From Terriglobia bacterium (lineage in GTDB: Bacteria > Acidobacteriota > Terriglobia > Terriglobales > Acidobacteriaceae), in NCBI GenBank assembly GCA_020073465.1, contig JAIQFC010000007.1, positions 116,345-180,344 on the forward strand: a stretch of 64,000 nt of DNA, written 5' to 3'. The first letter of the stretch is position 1, and the number at the start of each line of letters is the position of its first letter. The notes beneath the pieces are model-generated. The model saw only the letters and a list, made by a program, of their open reading frames with translations. It searched no databases and was not told the DNA's origin. Both the position numbers and the translations under genes were made by a program. Shown here piece after piece: positions 9,438 through 18,365 of this stretch.

Positions 9438-11486
9438 ATGGCGCAAATCGGTAGTTTTGCTCTTCTTCTCGCCCTTGCCCTGAGTGTTTATTCATTCCTG
9501 GCAGGATTGATCGCGCTGTTCCGCCAGGATGAAGGCTCGGAGCGCCTCAGTGAGACTGCTCGCCGCGCGGGTGTGGCAACGTTTGCGGCCGTCCTGCTTG
9601 CTGCCGCTGCTCTGGTTTTCGCTGCATTCCAGGACGACTTCCGCATCGCCTACATCTTCCACCACAGCAACCGCGATCTGTCGGCTCCGTATAAATTCGC
9701 AACGCTCTGGTCCGGGCAGGAAGGCTCCCTGCTGTTCTGGTCGCTGCTGTTGTCTGCATACGGCTTCGTGCTGCGGCTGCGTTACAAAACCGATCCCCGT
9801 CTCTTTGCTTACGCCTCTGTGATCCTAGCTGCGGTTCAGATCTTCTTCCTGTCGCTGGTAAATTTCGCGGCGAATCCGTTTGGCCTTCTCGAAGGCCCAG
9901 CCCGCCCGGACGGAAGCGGCCTCAATCCGCTTCTGCAATATCCCGAGATGGTGATTCACCCGCCCATGCTCTATCTGGGATACGTCGGCTTCACCGTACC
10001 CTTCGCATTCGCCTTGGGCGCGTTGATCATGAAGTATCCCGGCGAGAAGTGGATCCACATCACCCGCCGCTGGACCATGGTCACCTGGGGCTTCCTGACT
10101 TGCGGAATTTTTCTCGGCGCGCACTGGGCCTACTCCGTGCTCGGCTGGGGCGGTTACTGGGGATGGGATCCCGTCGAGAACGCTTCGCTGATGCCGTGGC
10201 TCGTCGGCACCGCCTTCCTGCATTCCGTCATGATGCAGGAAAAGCGCGGCATGTTGAAAGTCTGGAACATGTGGCTGGTCTTCGCCACCTTCTGGCTCTC
10301 AATTCTCGGAACGTTCCTCACACGCAGCGGGATCATCAGCTCTGTGCACGCGTTCGCGCAGTCTTCGATCGGCAACTGGTTCGCATGGTTCCTGGCGATC
10401 AGTTTTGCCGTATTCGTTTTCTTCTTCTTTAAGAACAAGTCCCACCTGAAGAGCGAGCACAAACTCGAATCGCTGGTCTCGCGCGAGTCGAGCTTTTTGT
10501 TCAACAACCTGCTGCTCCTGCTGGCCTGCTTCACCGTGCTGTGGGGAACATGGTTCCCGAAGATCTCGGAGCTGGTGCAAGGCAACAAGGTCACGGTCGG
10601 CGCGCCTTTCTATAACAAGGTCAACATTCCGGTCGCGCTGCTTCTGTTGTTGCTCACTGCCCTCGGTCCCCTGCTTGCCTGGCGGAATACTTCCCTTGAA
10701 AGTCTGAAGCGAAATTTCCTCTGGCCCACCGTCGGCGCAATCGCCGTTGTCATCTTCCTGATGATCACTCCGGAGAGTTGGGGCTCGGTCTTCGGCCTCA
10801 AGCCGTGGAAAGACATCTCCTACTTCTACTCGTTGATGGCCATCGCTCTCTCTGCCCTGGTCACGTTTACCGTGGCTTCTGAGTTCTATCGTGGCGGCAG
10901 GGTGATTCAGAAGCATACGGGACAGAGCATGTTCGCCTCCATGGTGCAACTGACCCACCGCAACACGCGCCGGTACGGCGGATACATCGTTCACTTCGGT
11001 GTCGTTGTGGTTGTGATCGGCCTCGCCGGCGCGGCCTTCAACCAGGACAAAGAGCAGGAGATGGGCTACGGCGACAAGATGACCATTGGAAGCTACACGC
11101 TCATCTGCCGCTCGTACACGCAGGAAGACAACGCCAACTACCGCAGCGAATGGGCCGTGCTGGATGTCTACAAGGGCGGTAAGAAGATCGACACACTCAC
11201 GCCCGAACGCCGCTTCTACCATGCCAGCCGGCAGGCGTCGACCATGCCCTACATCCGCTCCACTCCGAGCGAGGATCTCTACCTTGTCTACGAGGGGTTG
11301 AATGACCAAACCGGCAAGCCCATTCTCAAAGCTCATCTGAACCCATTGGTCATGTGGATCTGGCTGGGTGTCTGGATCATTCTCGGAGGCACAATCCTGG
11401 CGCTGGTCCCGAATGCTCCCGCGCAAGTAAGGGTCACCGTGCCCAAACTGGTGGAACACGCGGCCCCGGCGGTGACGGGAGACTAA
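9438..11486 (+). CDS. ccmF: Cytochrome c-type biogenesis heme lyase CcmF (System I)
   Basis: 682 aa polytopic protein. Tryptophan-rich WWD motif WGGYWGWDPVENASLMPWL and conserved His-containing loops. Confidence 0.93.
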   Translation: MAQIGSFALLLALALSVYSFLAGLIALFRQDEGSERLSETARRAGVATFAAVLLAAAALVFAAFQDDFRIAYIFHHSNRDLSAPYKFATLWSGQEGSLLFWSLLLSAYGFVLRLRYKTDPRLFAYASVILAAVQIFFLSLVNFAANPFGLLEGPARPDGSGLNPLLQYPEMVIHPPMLYLGYVGFTVPFAFALGALIMKYPGEKWIHITRRWTMVTWGFLTCGIFLGAHWAYSVLGWGGYWGWDPVENASLMPWLVGTAFLHSVMMQEKRGMLKVWNMWLVFATFWLSILGTFLTRSGIISSVHAFAQSSIGNWFAWFLAISFAVFVFFFFKNKSHLKSEHKLESLVSRESSFLFNNLLLLLACFTVLWGTWFPKISELVQGNKVTVGAPFYNKVNIPVALLLLLLTALGPLLAWRNTSLESLKRNFLWPTVGAIAVVIFLMITPESWGSVFGLKPWKDISYFYSLMAIALSALVTFTVASEFYRGGRVIQKHTGQSMFASMVQLTHRNTRRYGGYIVHFGVVVVVIGLAGAAFNQDKEQEMGYGDKMTIGSYTLICRSYTQEDNANYRSEWAVLDVYKGGKKIDTLTPERRFYHASRQASTMPYIRSTPSEDLYLVYEGLNDQTGKPILKAHLNPLVMWIWLGVWIILGGTILALVPNAPAQVRVTVPKLVEHAAPAVTGD

Positions 11487-11560
11487 GCGAATCACGTAGC
11501 GACAGCCGCCTCGGCTGTCCCGCCAAGCGAGGCGAGGCGGAACGTGTGGCACACAAAAGC

Positions 11561-12052
11561 ATGATGATTCAAAACAAGAATATTCTCCGGCGCACTCTGC
11601 ACTGCGGGCTCTTGTGCCTGACCGTCTTCGCCCTGGTCGGCGCCGGCGACCCAGCCTCCCGCTTCAGCGAAATCGGCCATCGGCTCATGTGCATCTGCGG
11701 ATGCCATCAAATCCTGCTCGAGTGCAATCACGTCGGATGCCCTGATTCCGACGGTATGCGCAACGAACTGATGGCCGCAGTGCAGCGTGGCGACAGCGAC
11801 AGCCTGGTGCAGCAAGCCTTCGTCCAGAAATACGGTCCTACGGTTCTTGCCGCGCCCATGACCACCGGCTTTGACCGCACGGCTTGGATCGTGCCCTTCG
11901 TGGCGCTCTTTCTCGGATTGCTGGCTGTCGTCATGGTCGTGCGCGCCTGGAAGAACCGCCCCGCCCCCGCGATCGCCGACGGCCTGCGCCCCCTTCGCGG
12001 CGCGGAACTCGAAAAATTCCGCGACCAGGCCAACAAGGAGACCGAACTATGA
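11561..12052 (+). CDS. ccmH: Cytochrome c-type biogenesis protein CcmH/NrfF-like
   Basis: Signal peptide, a Cys motif LMCICGCHQILLECNHVGCP, and a C-terminal TM helix. I trimmed the track ORF (11354) to ATG 11561, after the ccmF stop. Confidence 0.8.
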   Translation: MMIQNKNILRRTLHCGLLCLTVFALVGAGDPASRFSEIGHRLMCICGCHQILLECNHVGCPDSDGMRNELMAAVQRGDSDSLVQQAFVQKYGPTVLAAPMTTGFDRTAWIVPFVALFLGLLAVVMVVRAWKNRPAPAIADGLRPLRGAELEKFRDQANKETEL

Positions 12053-12351
12053 TGGTCGTCATCGCAATTTGCGTGATGGTGTCGCTCGCGTCGGGGTTTT
12101 ACATCTTCTACTTGCCCGGCAAGCTCTACCTCGGGCCGGAGAAAACGCGCGCCTCCTATCTCCGCGAACGCAAGGATGCCGTCTACGAAAACCTGCGTGA
12201 TCTGAACTTCGAGTACAAAGCGGGCAAGATGCCCGATGCCGACTACCAGTCGTTGAAATCTTCCTTGCAGGACGAGGCTGCCACGCTGCTCGCCGAAATC
12301 GCTCGCCTCGAATCGAAAGACGCATCCACCCCTGGGAGGGCCAAAGCTTGA
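12049..12351 (+). CDS. Small membrane protein (N-terminal TM helix plus SHOCT-like coiled tail), coupled to ccmH
   Basis: ATG 12049 overlaps the ccmH stop (ATGA). Sequence: MMVVIAICVMVSLASGFYIFYL...LNFEYKAGKMPDADYQSLKSSLQDEAATLLAEIARLE. Confidence 0.6.
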   Translation: MMVVIAICVMVSLASGFYIFYLPGKLYLGPEKTRASYLRERKDAVYENLRDLNFEYKAGKMPDADYQSLKSSLQDEAATLLAEIARLESKDASTPGRAKA

Positions 12352-13667
12352 GAGGCCACATTGTGAAGGTTCATCTCGTTCTGCTAACACTGCTGGTCTC
12401 CTCCTTCGCTTTTGCCGGTGCTTCTCTGACCGGTACGGTGAAGAACTCGACGACCGGCAAACCCGCCGCCGGCGACGACGTCGTCCTCCTCAAGCTCGGC
12501 GAAGGAATGGAAGAGGGCGGTCGCGCGAAGGCGGACTCCAAAGGCAATTTCATCCTGCCCCTCGACGACCCCCAGACGCCGCACCTGGTGCGCGTGATTC
12601 ACCAAGGAGTCACCTACCACCGCATGGCCCCTCCGGGAACGACATCGGTTGAAGTCGAGGTCTATGACGTCGGCAACAAGATCGAAGGTATTGAAGTGGT
12701 CGCCGACATCATGCGCATCCAGGTCGAGCAGGGACAACTCGAAGTCACTCGCGCCTTCGCCGTACAGAACACCTCCAAGCCGCCTCGCACCCAGATGAAC
12801 GATCGCAACCTCGAGTTTTATGTTCCCGAAGGCGCGAAGATCGTGCAGGGCTCGGCGATGACCGAGCACGGAAATCCGGTAAACTCTGCCCCCGTGCAGG
12901 AGCGCGACAAGACGCGCTACGCCTTCATGTTCCCTCTCCGTCCCGGCACCACGCAGTTTCAGGTCGCGTACACATTGCCCTACACCGGCAGCGCCAACAT
13001 CGATCCCAAGCCGATCTATCCGCTGCAGCACTTCGTCGCCATTCTGCCCAAGGCAATGGAGTTCTCCGCCGCCCCTGGCGCCAACTATCAATCAATGAAC
13101 AATCCCAATCAGCCGGACTCGAACACGCAAGTCGCATCCGGCACAAAAGTGGGACAAACGCTGGCATTCAAGATCTCAGGCGAAGGGACGCTGGGAGCGC
13201 AACAGGAAGGCGGTGGCACACAAGGCGAGCCCGCTTCCGGACAGGCTGACAACCGCCCCGGTGGCGGACTCGGCCCGCCCATCGACGCCCCAGATCCTCT
13301 GCAGCAATACCGCTGGTGGATTCTCGGCGGGTTCGCCGTGGTCCTGGTGGGTGGCGGAGTCTTCATCGCATCGCGGCAACAAGCCGCAGCTCGCGCCGGA
13401 GTACGCCCCAAGCCTCTCAAAGTCCAGACCCAGGATGTCGACTACGATGTCCCCGAGCCCCCGGTCGGACGTGAGGCCCCATCTCGAACCGCCGGCGCGC
13501 GCAGTTCTTCTTCCATGCTTCTTGAAGGATTGAAAGAAGAACTCTTCCAACTCGAAGTCGAGCACAAGCAAGGCCACATCTCGCAACAGGAATACGACAA
13601 GACAAAAGCCGCATTAGACCAGACGCTGCAGCGCGCCCTGAAGCGCGAAGCGGCAAAACAAACCTAG
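12348..13667 (+). CDS. Membrane-anchored protein with N-terminal carboxypeptidase-regulatory-like (CarboxypepD_reg) beta-sandwich, G/P-rich linker, TM helix and SHOCT-like cytoplasmic tail
   Basis: Signal peptide VKVHLVLLTLLVSSFAFAGA, then SLTGTVKNSTTGKPAAGDDVVLL, TM helix WWILGGFAVVLVGGGVFIA, and tail LEVEHKQGHISQQEYDKTKAALDQTL. The start overlaps the previous stop; GTG 12363 is an alternative. Confidence 0.75.
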   Translation: MRGHIVKVHLVLLTLLVSSFAFAGASLTGTVKNSTTGKPAAGDDVVLLKLGEGMEEGGRAKADSKGNFILPLDDPQTPHLVRVIHQGVTYHRMAPPGTTSVEVEVYDVGNKIEGIEVVADIMRIQVEQGQLEVTRAFAVQNTSKPPRTQMNDRNLEFYVPEGAKIVQGSAMTEHGNPVNSAPVQERDKTRYAFMFPLRPGTTQFQVAYTLPYTGSANIDPKPIYPLQHFVAILPKAMEFSAAPGANYQSMNNPNQPDSNTQVASGTKVGQTLAFKISGEGTLGAQQEGGGTQGEPASGQADNRPGGGLGPPIDAPDPLQQYRWWILGGFAVVLVGGGVFIASRQQAAARAGVRPKPLKVQTQDVDYDVPEPPVGREAPSRTAGARSSSSMLLEGLKEELFQLEVEHKQGHISQQEYDKTKAALDQTLQRALKREAAKQT

Positions 13668-13704
13668 CGACAGCGAGAAGGCTGTCGAGTCTTCAACAAG
13701 TCCT

Positions 13705-13750
13705 GTCATCCTGAGGCCCGCGCTTTCTGCGGGCCGAAGGACCTGTGCAT
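13705..13750. repeat. REP/MITE-like element, GTCATCCTGAG...GAAGGACC family (short variant)
   Basis: gtcatcctgaggcccgcgctttctgcgggccgaaggacctgtgcat, with inner hairpin ggcccgc/gcgggcc. Confidence 0.6.
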
Positions 13751-13804
13751 TTGTTGTCCATGATCGCGCACCGGCCCCACACCCCGCTCCAATCTTCGCC
13801 CTCA

Positions 13805-13866
13805 GTCGTGCTGAGCGGAGCCATTGCTTTCGCGCAGCGAAAGCAATGGCGGAGTCGAAGCACCCC
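13805..13866. repeat. REP/MITE-like element, GTCGTGCTGAGCG...GTCGAAGCAC variant
   Basis: gtcgtgctgagcggagCCATTGCTTTCGCgcaGCGAAAGCAATGGcggagtcgaagcacccc, with a perfect 13-bp inner palindrome. Confidence 0.6.
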
Positions 13867-14061
13867 TACCCTGGCAAATGCTTCTGCAGTTCCTCACGAG
13901 CCCGGATAGTCGCCCCAACGTCCGTCGAGATAAAGCCTGCAATGTGCCTCCATCCTCTTCCGAGCGCAGGAGTTACGCACGCGGAACTTCCCGCCGGAAC
14001 CGCGCGTACCCCTACTTGAATCCCGCACTTCGGCGTACCATCTAATAAAGCGAGTACTTTC

Positions 14062-14919
14062 ATGGGAAATACATTCAAAACCGCATTTCTGCTGACCGCG
14101 CTCACGCTGCTCCTGATGTTCATCGGCCGCGCCTTCGGCGGCCAGAGCGGGATGTTCTTCGCTCTAATCTTCGCCGCGGTGGTGAACTTCATCGCCTACT
14201 TCTTCTCCGACAAGATCGCACTGGCCATGTACCGTGCCCAGCCTGTCACGCGCGAGGAATTGCCCCGCGCCTACGAGATTGTCGAGCGCCTGACGCAGAA
14301 AATCGGCCTGCCCATGCCGAAGATTTATGTGATTCCGAATGAATCCCCGAACGCCTTCGCCACCGGCCGCAACCCGAGCCACGCCTCGGTGGCCGTGACC
14401 CACGGCATCCTCGGCCTTCTGAACGATGAAGAACTCGAGGGCGTCCTCGCCCACGAACTTGGCCACGTCAACAACCGCGACATCCTGATCAGCTCCGTCG
14501 CCGCGACTCTGGCCGGCGCGATCACCATGCTGGCCAACATGGGCAAGTGGGCGATGATTTTCGGCGGATACGAACGCGACAATCGCGATCGTGGCGGAGG
14601 CTTGGCCGCGCTCTTCATGCTGATCGTTGCGCCGATCGCCGCCACTCTGATCCAGTTAGCTGTCTCGCGTTCGCGCGAGTATCAGGCCGACGCCACCGGA
14701 GCGCACTTCACCGGCAATCCTTATGCCTTGGCGAGCGCCCTGCAGAAACTCGACGCCTACTCCCGACGCCTGCCCATGCAGGCGAGTCCATCGACGGCGC
14801 ACCTGTTTATTGTTCAGCCGTTCCTGGGAATGAACTTCGGCAGCCTGTTCTCCACCCACCCGCCGATCGCGAAGCGCATCGAGCGGCTGACGGGACGCCC
14901 CGCGGAGTTTACGCAGTAA
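14062..14919 (+). CDS. htpX: Zinc metalloprotease HtpX (peptidase M48)
   Basis: N-terminal TM helices, [10 protein letters not shown] zinc motif, typical length of 285 aa. Confidence 0.93.
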   Translation: MGNTFKTAFLLTALTLLLMFIGRAFGGQSGMFFALIFAAVVNFIAYFFSDKIALAMYRAQPVTREELPRAYEIVERLTQKIGLPMPKIYVIPNESPNAFATGRNPSHASVAVTHGILGLLNDEELEGVLAHELGHVNNRDILISSVAATLAGAITMLANMGKWAMIFGGYERDNRDRGGGLAALFMLIVAPIAATLIQLAVSRSREYQADATGAHFTGNPYALASALQKLDAYSRRLPMQASPSTAHLFIVQPFLGMNFGSLFSTHPPIAKRIERLTGRPAEFTQ

Positions 14920-14942
14920 AACGAAACCGGACAGCAAAATTT

Positions 14943-15027
14943 GTCGTCCTGAGCGGCGTCCTTTGCCGCGAAGGACCTATGCAACTGGCCGGGAGTGCAT
15001 AGGTCCTTCGCTTCGCTCAGGATGACA
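14943..15027. repeat. REP/MITE-like nested palindrome, GTCATCCTGAGCG family
   Basis: gtcgtcctgagcggcgtcctttgccgCGAAGGACCTATGCAactggccgggagTGCATAGGTCCTTCGcttcgctcaggatgaca. It sits between the convergent htpX and S9 peptidase 3' ends. Confidence 0.8.
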
Positions 15028-15042
15028 GAGCTAGTGTGGCCT

Positions 15043-17340
15043 TCACTTCGTCCACTGATCCACCCACTCATTCACCGTCTTGTACCACAGCTGCGAATTC
15101 TGCGGCTTCAGCACCCAGTGACCCTCATCGGGGAAATACAGCATTTTCGACGGCACGCCCATGGTCTGCAGCGTGGTGAAAAGCTGGAAGCCTTCGCTCA
15201 CGTCGAGCCGGTAGTCGCGCTGGCCGTGGATGACCAGCGTCGGCGTCTTGAAATTCTTGGCCGAATTGCGCGGGGACCACTTGTTGTACATGTCATGATT
15301 CGTGTACGGCGTGCCCTGGAACTCCCAGTTGTTGAACCAGAGCTCTTCCGTCGTGCCCCACGCCGAAAACGTGTTGAACATGCCGTCGTGCGACACGATG
15401 CACTTGAAGCGGTCGCTGTGACCGAGAATCCAGTTGGCCATGTATCCGCCGTAGCTGGCACCCAGCGCGCATTCGCGGTTCTTGTCGATGAACGGATAAG
15501 TCTTCTCGGCATAGTCGAGACCCTTCATCAGGTCTTCAAACGGAGCGCCGCCCCAGTCGCCATTGATCGCGTCAATGAACTTCTGCCCGTATCCAGTCGA
15601 GCCGTGGAAGTTGATCATGATGACGACGTATCCGTTGGCCGCGAACAGTTCGGGATTCCAGCGATAGCTCCAGTCGTCTCCCCAGGCCCCCTGCGGTCCG
15701 CCGTGGATGAGGAACTTCACAGGATATTTCTTCGCGGCATCGAAGTTCGGCGGCTTGACCAGGAAGCCTTGGATGTCATCCCCATGGGCACCCTTGAATA
15801 AGAAGGAACCGACGTTTCCGAAATGTGACGCGCCAACATGCCAATCGGCCGACATGTCAATCTGTGAAAGGACTTCATCGTTTATGTGCGTTATCTGAGT
15901 CCCTGCAGGATGTGTCTCGTCATCTGTCGCGTCTATCTCACGGGAATATATCTCTGTCGGAGCGTAAATCGACATTTCGGTGAATAAAACCCGTTTCCCG
16001 TCTGGTGTGATCGCGAGGTCATCGTCATATCCACCGGCCTTACGAGTGAGGCGAAGTCCATATTTGTCCGCATAGTACGTGAGGTGTCCCATTCCCCATC
16101 TCCGTTCCCCAAGTTTCTCTGGCTCATTAGGAAAAGGCGGCACACATACAGGCGTCGGGTCCCCAATTTTTGTCACCAAAACACATTTGGGCGTAGCGCC
16201 AGCGTTTGTGTAGACCTCATAGATCGTTGCGTCGCCCTGACTTTCGCTCACAAACAATAGGTGATACTCGGGTCCGGAATGACTGAGCCATGTGAATGAC
16301 CCCACCCATCCATCGAAATCCTCTGTCAGATTCTTCTTCTCGCCAGTCTTGCGGTCATACAGCATCAAGCGGAAGCGGTCGCTCTCATATCCCGGACGCT
16401 GCTGGGCGCGGTAGGCGATGTAGCGGCCATCGGGCGAATAGAGCGGCGTCGAGTCGCTGGCGGGATTGTCGGCGGTGATGTTCTTGGCCACTCCTCCCTC
16501 TCTCACGGGAACAATCCACAGATCGTTGTTGGTAGAAGCAGCTTCATTCTTGTCGTGGTTCGAGGTGTAGCAGATCTCCTGTCCATCAGGCGAGAAGGCA
16601 TAGTTGTCCTGCCCGCCGAGCGAGAATACCGGCGAGTCGTAGTCGCCGGGCGTCAGGTCGCGAGGACGAGCTTGGTCGAGACCGATAGCCTTCGTTATTG
16701 GTGTTTCAGTAGGAGCCACAGCCGCGAAGATGTGGCTGCGCTTGCCCTCCTTGTATGCATTCCAATGGCGATAGAGCAGGCGGTCGAAGATCTGCGCTTT
16801 GACCTTCGACTTGTTAGTCTCGTCCAGCTTCTTCTCGTTGCAAGCCTCCTCTTCGGCAGGCGTCCCGGCGCACTCCGGATACACGTCGGAAGTGAAGATG
16901 ATGTTCTTGCCATCCGGAGACCAGAGCTCCCCGGCCGCCTCGGTGGTGATCCAAGTCAGCATCCACACGCCAGTCACCGTCCCGCTAGACCCATTGAAAT
17001 CGGCTATCCACACCTGCGAACCACGTTGTTTCGTGGACAGGAACGCGAACCGTTTTCCGTCCGGCGCCCACCGCGGGCGGTCTCCATCCTGGTCGGCGAT
17101 GATCTCTCGCTCCTGCCCACCCGCCGTGGGCACGATCCAGATGTGTGGCGTCTTCGTGTTGGCTTCGAGATCGACATCGACCACGCTGAAGATCACCCAC
17201 TTGCCGTCGGGCGAGACCGCAGGCTCACCCACCCGCTTCAGCTTCATCATGTCTTCGAAAGTGAAGGGATGCTTGGCTTGGGCGACGGCGGGAAATGCAA
17301 GAACGACGAGGGCAAGAAGAAACAGGAAGAAGCGGCGCAT
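15043..17340 (-). CDS. S9 family serine peptidase (prolyl oligopeptidase/acylaminoacyl-peptidase type) with N-terminal beta-propeller
   Basis: Signal peptide, PD40-like repeats (SPDGKWVIF, SPDGRYIAY), and a catalytic region GASYGGYMANWILGHSDRFKCIVSHDGMF. Confidence 0.92.
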   Translation of the reverse strand: MRRFFLFLLALVVLAFPAVAQAKHPFTFEDMMKLKRVGEPAVSPDGKWVIFSVVDVDLEANTKTPHIWIVPTAGGQEREIIADQDGDRPRWAPDGKRFAFLSTKQRGSQVWIADFNGSSGTVTGVWMLTWITTEAAGELWSPDGKNIIFTSDVYPECAGTPAEEEACNEKKLDETNKSKVKAQIFDRLLYRHWNAYKEGKRSHIFAAVAPTETPITKAIGLDQARPRDLTPGDYDSPVFSLGGQDNYAFSPDGQEICYTSNHDKNEAASTNNDLWIVPVREGGVAKNITADNPASDSTPLYSPDGRYIAYRAQQRPGYESDRFRLMLYDRKTGEKKNLTEDFDGWVGSFTWLSHSGPEYHLLFVSESQGDATIYEVYTNAGATPKCVLVTKIGDPTPVCVPPFPNEPEKLGERRWGMGHLTYYADKYGLRLTRKAGGYDDDLAITPDGKRVLFTEMSIYAPTEIYSREIDATDDETHPAGTQITHINDEVLSQIDMSADWHVGASHFGNVGSFLFKGAHGDDIQGFLVKPPNFDAAKKYPVKFLIHGGPQGAWGDDWSYRWNPELFAANGYVVIMINFHGSTGYGQKFIDAINGDWGGAPFEDLMKGLDYAEKTYPFIDKNRECALGASYGGYMANWILGHSDRFKCIVSHDGMFNTFSAWGTTEELWFNNWEFQGTPYTNHDMYNKWSPRNSAKNFKTPTLVIHGQRDYRLDVSEGFQLFTTLQTMGVPSKMLYFPDEGHWVLKPQNSQLWYKTVNEWVDQWTK

Positions 17341-17418
17341 GAGACCTCCTACGGCAAACGGATGAGTGTAGCAGGGGGGAGCTTCGAGCTTCTAGTCTTC
17401 ACCTTCCCCCCAAGCGTT

Positions 17419-17504
17419 GTCATCCTGAGCGGCGTCCTTTGCCGCGAAGGACCTATGCAACTGGCCGGGGAGTGCATAGGTCCTTCGCGTTGCTCAGGAT
17501 GACA
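17419..17504. repeat. REP/MITE-like nested palindrome, GTCATCCTGAGCG family
   Basis: Near-identical to 14943-15027 (a few substitutions plus one extra g). It lies upstream of the GIY-YIG gene. Confidence 0.8.
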
Positions 17505-17587
17505 GTGTTTATTTTGAGTTTGATGTTCATTCGTCACAGACACCGGTACTGCAAACTGCCATCCTGATCGGGCAAAGATGTCCGTAC

Positions 17588-18097
17588 ATGCACCCGCCCA
17601 AAACCTACTTCGTCTACATCATGTCAAACCGATCGAAGACGCTCTACACGGGCGTGACAAATAGTCTGGTGCGCCGAGTACGCGAACACAAGATGGGCCT
17701 TGGCTCCTGCTTTGCCGCGAAATACAAGCTGGACCGACTGGTCTATTTTGAACGGTTCGAAGACATCCGCAACGCGATCGAGCGGGAGAGAGTAATCAAA
17801 GGCTGGCTTCGGATCAAGAACATTGCCCTGATCGTCTCAGTCAATCCGGCGTGGAGAGATTTGAGCCAGGAGTGGTATGAACGCCATCAGTTCCAGCCCG
17901 ACTGCCGCCGCACGACAACGCCTACGCCAATCTCTCTGAATTGTCATCCTGAGCGGCGCACTTTGCCGCGAAGGACCTGTGTAACTGGCTGGAAAGTGCA
18001 GAGGTCCTTCGCAGCAAAGTGCGCTGCTCAGGATGACAGGGCTACATGGGGCGATGCAGGCAACCCGACCCGCCATTTCCCCCTTCAGACAAGGTAG
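17588..18097 (+). CDS. GIY-YIG nuclease superfamily (URI domain, COG2827-like) protein; the C-terminal ~60 codons read through a repeat element
   Basis: YFVYIMSNRSKTLYTGVTNSLVRRVREHK...AKYKLDRLVYFERFEDIRNAIERERVIKGWLRIKN. The family is normally about 90-110 aa. Codons after about 17900 lie inside repeat 17943-18038. Confidence 0.8.
   Translation: MHPPKTYFVYIMSNRSKTLYTGVTNSLVRRVREHKMGLGSCFAAKYKLDRLVYFERFEDIRNAIERERVIKGWLRIKNIALIVSVNPAWRDLSQEWYERHQFQPDCRRTTTPTPISLNCHPERRTLPRRTCVTGWKVQRSFAAKCAAQDDRATWGDAGNPTRHFPLQTR
17943..18038. repeat. REP/MITE-like nested palindrome, GTCATCCTGAGCG family (most complete copy)
   Basis: gtcatcctgagcggcgcactttgccgcgaaggacctgtgtaactggctggaaagtgcagaggtccttcgcagcaaagtgcgctgctcaggatgaca. 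Outer, middle and inner inverted repeats are all present. Same orientation as 17419-17504. Confidence 0.8.
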
Positions 18098-18365
18098 GCG
18101 GTAGTTCCAGCAATCTCCGCCCCCGGCATTCTTCTTCCTCTTGAGAACGGCAACCCCTATTCCGATCCGGCATCCAAGTGAGTGGCAGAACTGCAGCGCC
18201 CTACTCTCCGGCCTCGCTGAGCGGAGAGGGGCCGGAGGTAGGGTTGCCGCGGTGCCAACCGTCTGTGGGGACGTGGCTCTCTACTTCTTTTGTGGAGAAC
18301 GCAAAACGCCGTTCCCCGCCACGCCTCTACGCCATCCGAGGGATAATTCCGATAAACTGGAGAGT

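Noticed and set aside
10299-11552. 417-aa minus-strand ORF
   Set aside because: It is an antisense shadow of ccmF.
12384-13091. 235-aa minus-strand ORF
   Set aside because: It is an antisense shadow of the CarboxypepD_reg-like gene.
13824-14192. 73-aa plus and 108-aa minus ORFs in the spacer upstream of htpX
   Set aside because: They lie in repeat-rich non-coding DNA with no motifs, and one overlaps the htpX start.
14995-15801. 268-aa plus-strand ORF beginning inside a repeat element
   Set aside because: It starts in the GTCATCCTGAGCG palindrome (MHRSFASLRMTE...) and runs antisense to the S9 peptidase gene.
16555-17502. 315-aa plus-strand ORF
   Set aside because: It is antisense to the S9 peptidase and terminates inside repeat 17419-17504.
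18141-18365. N-terminal 75-codon extension of the 18141-19217 ORF
   Set aside because: The signal peptide begins at ATG 18366, and the upstream codons have no features.
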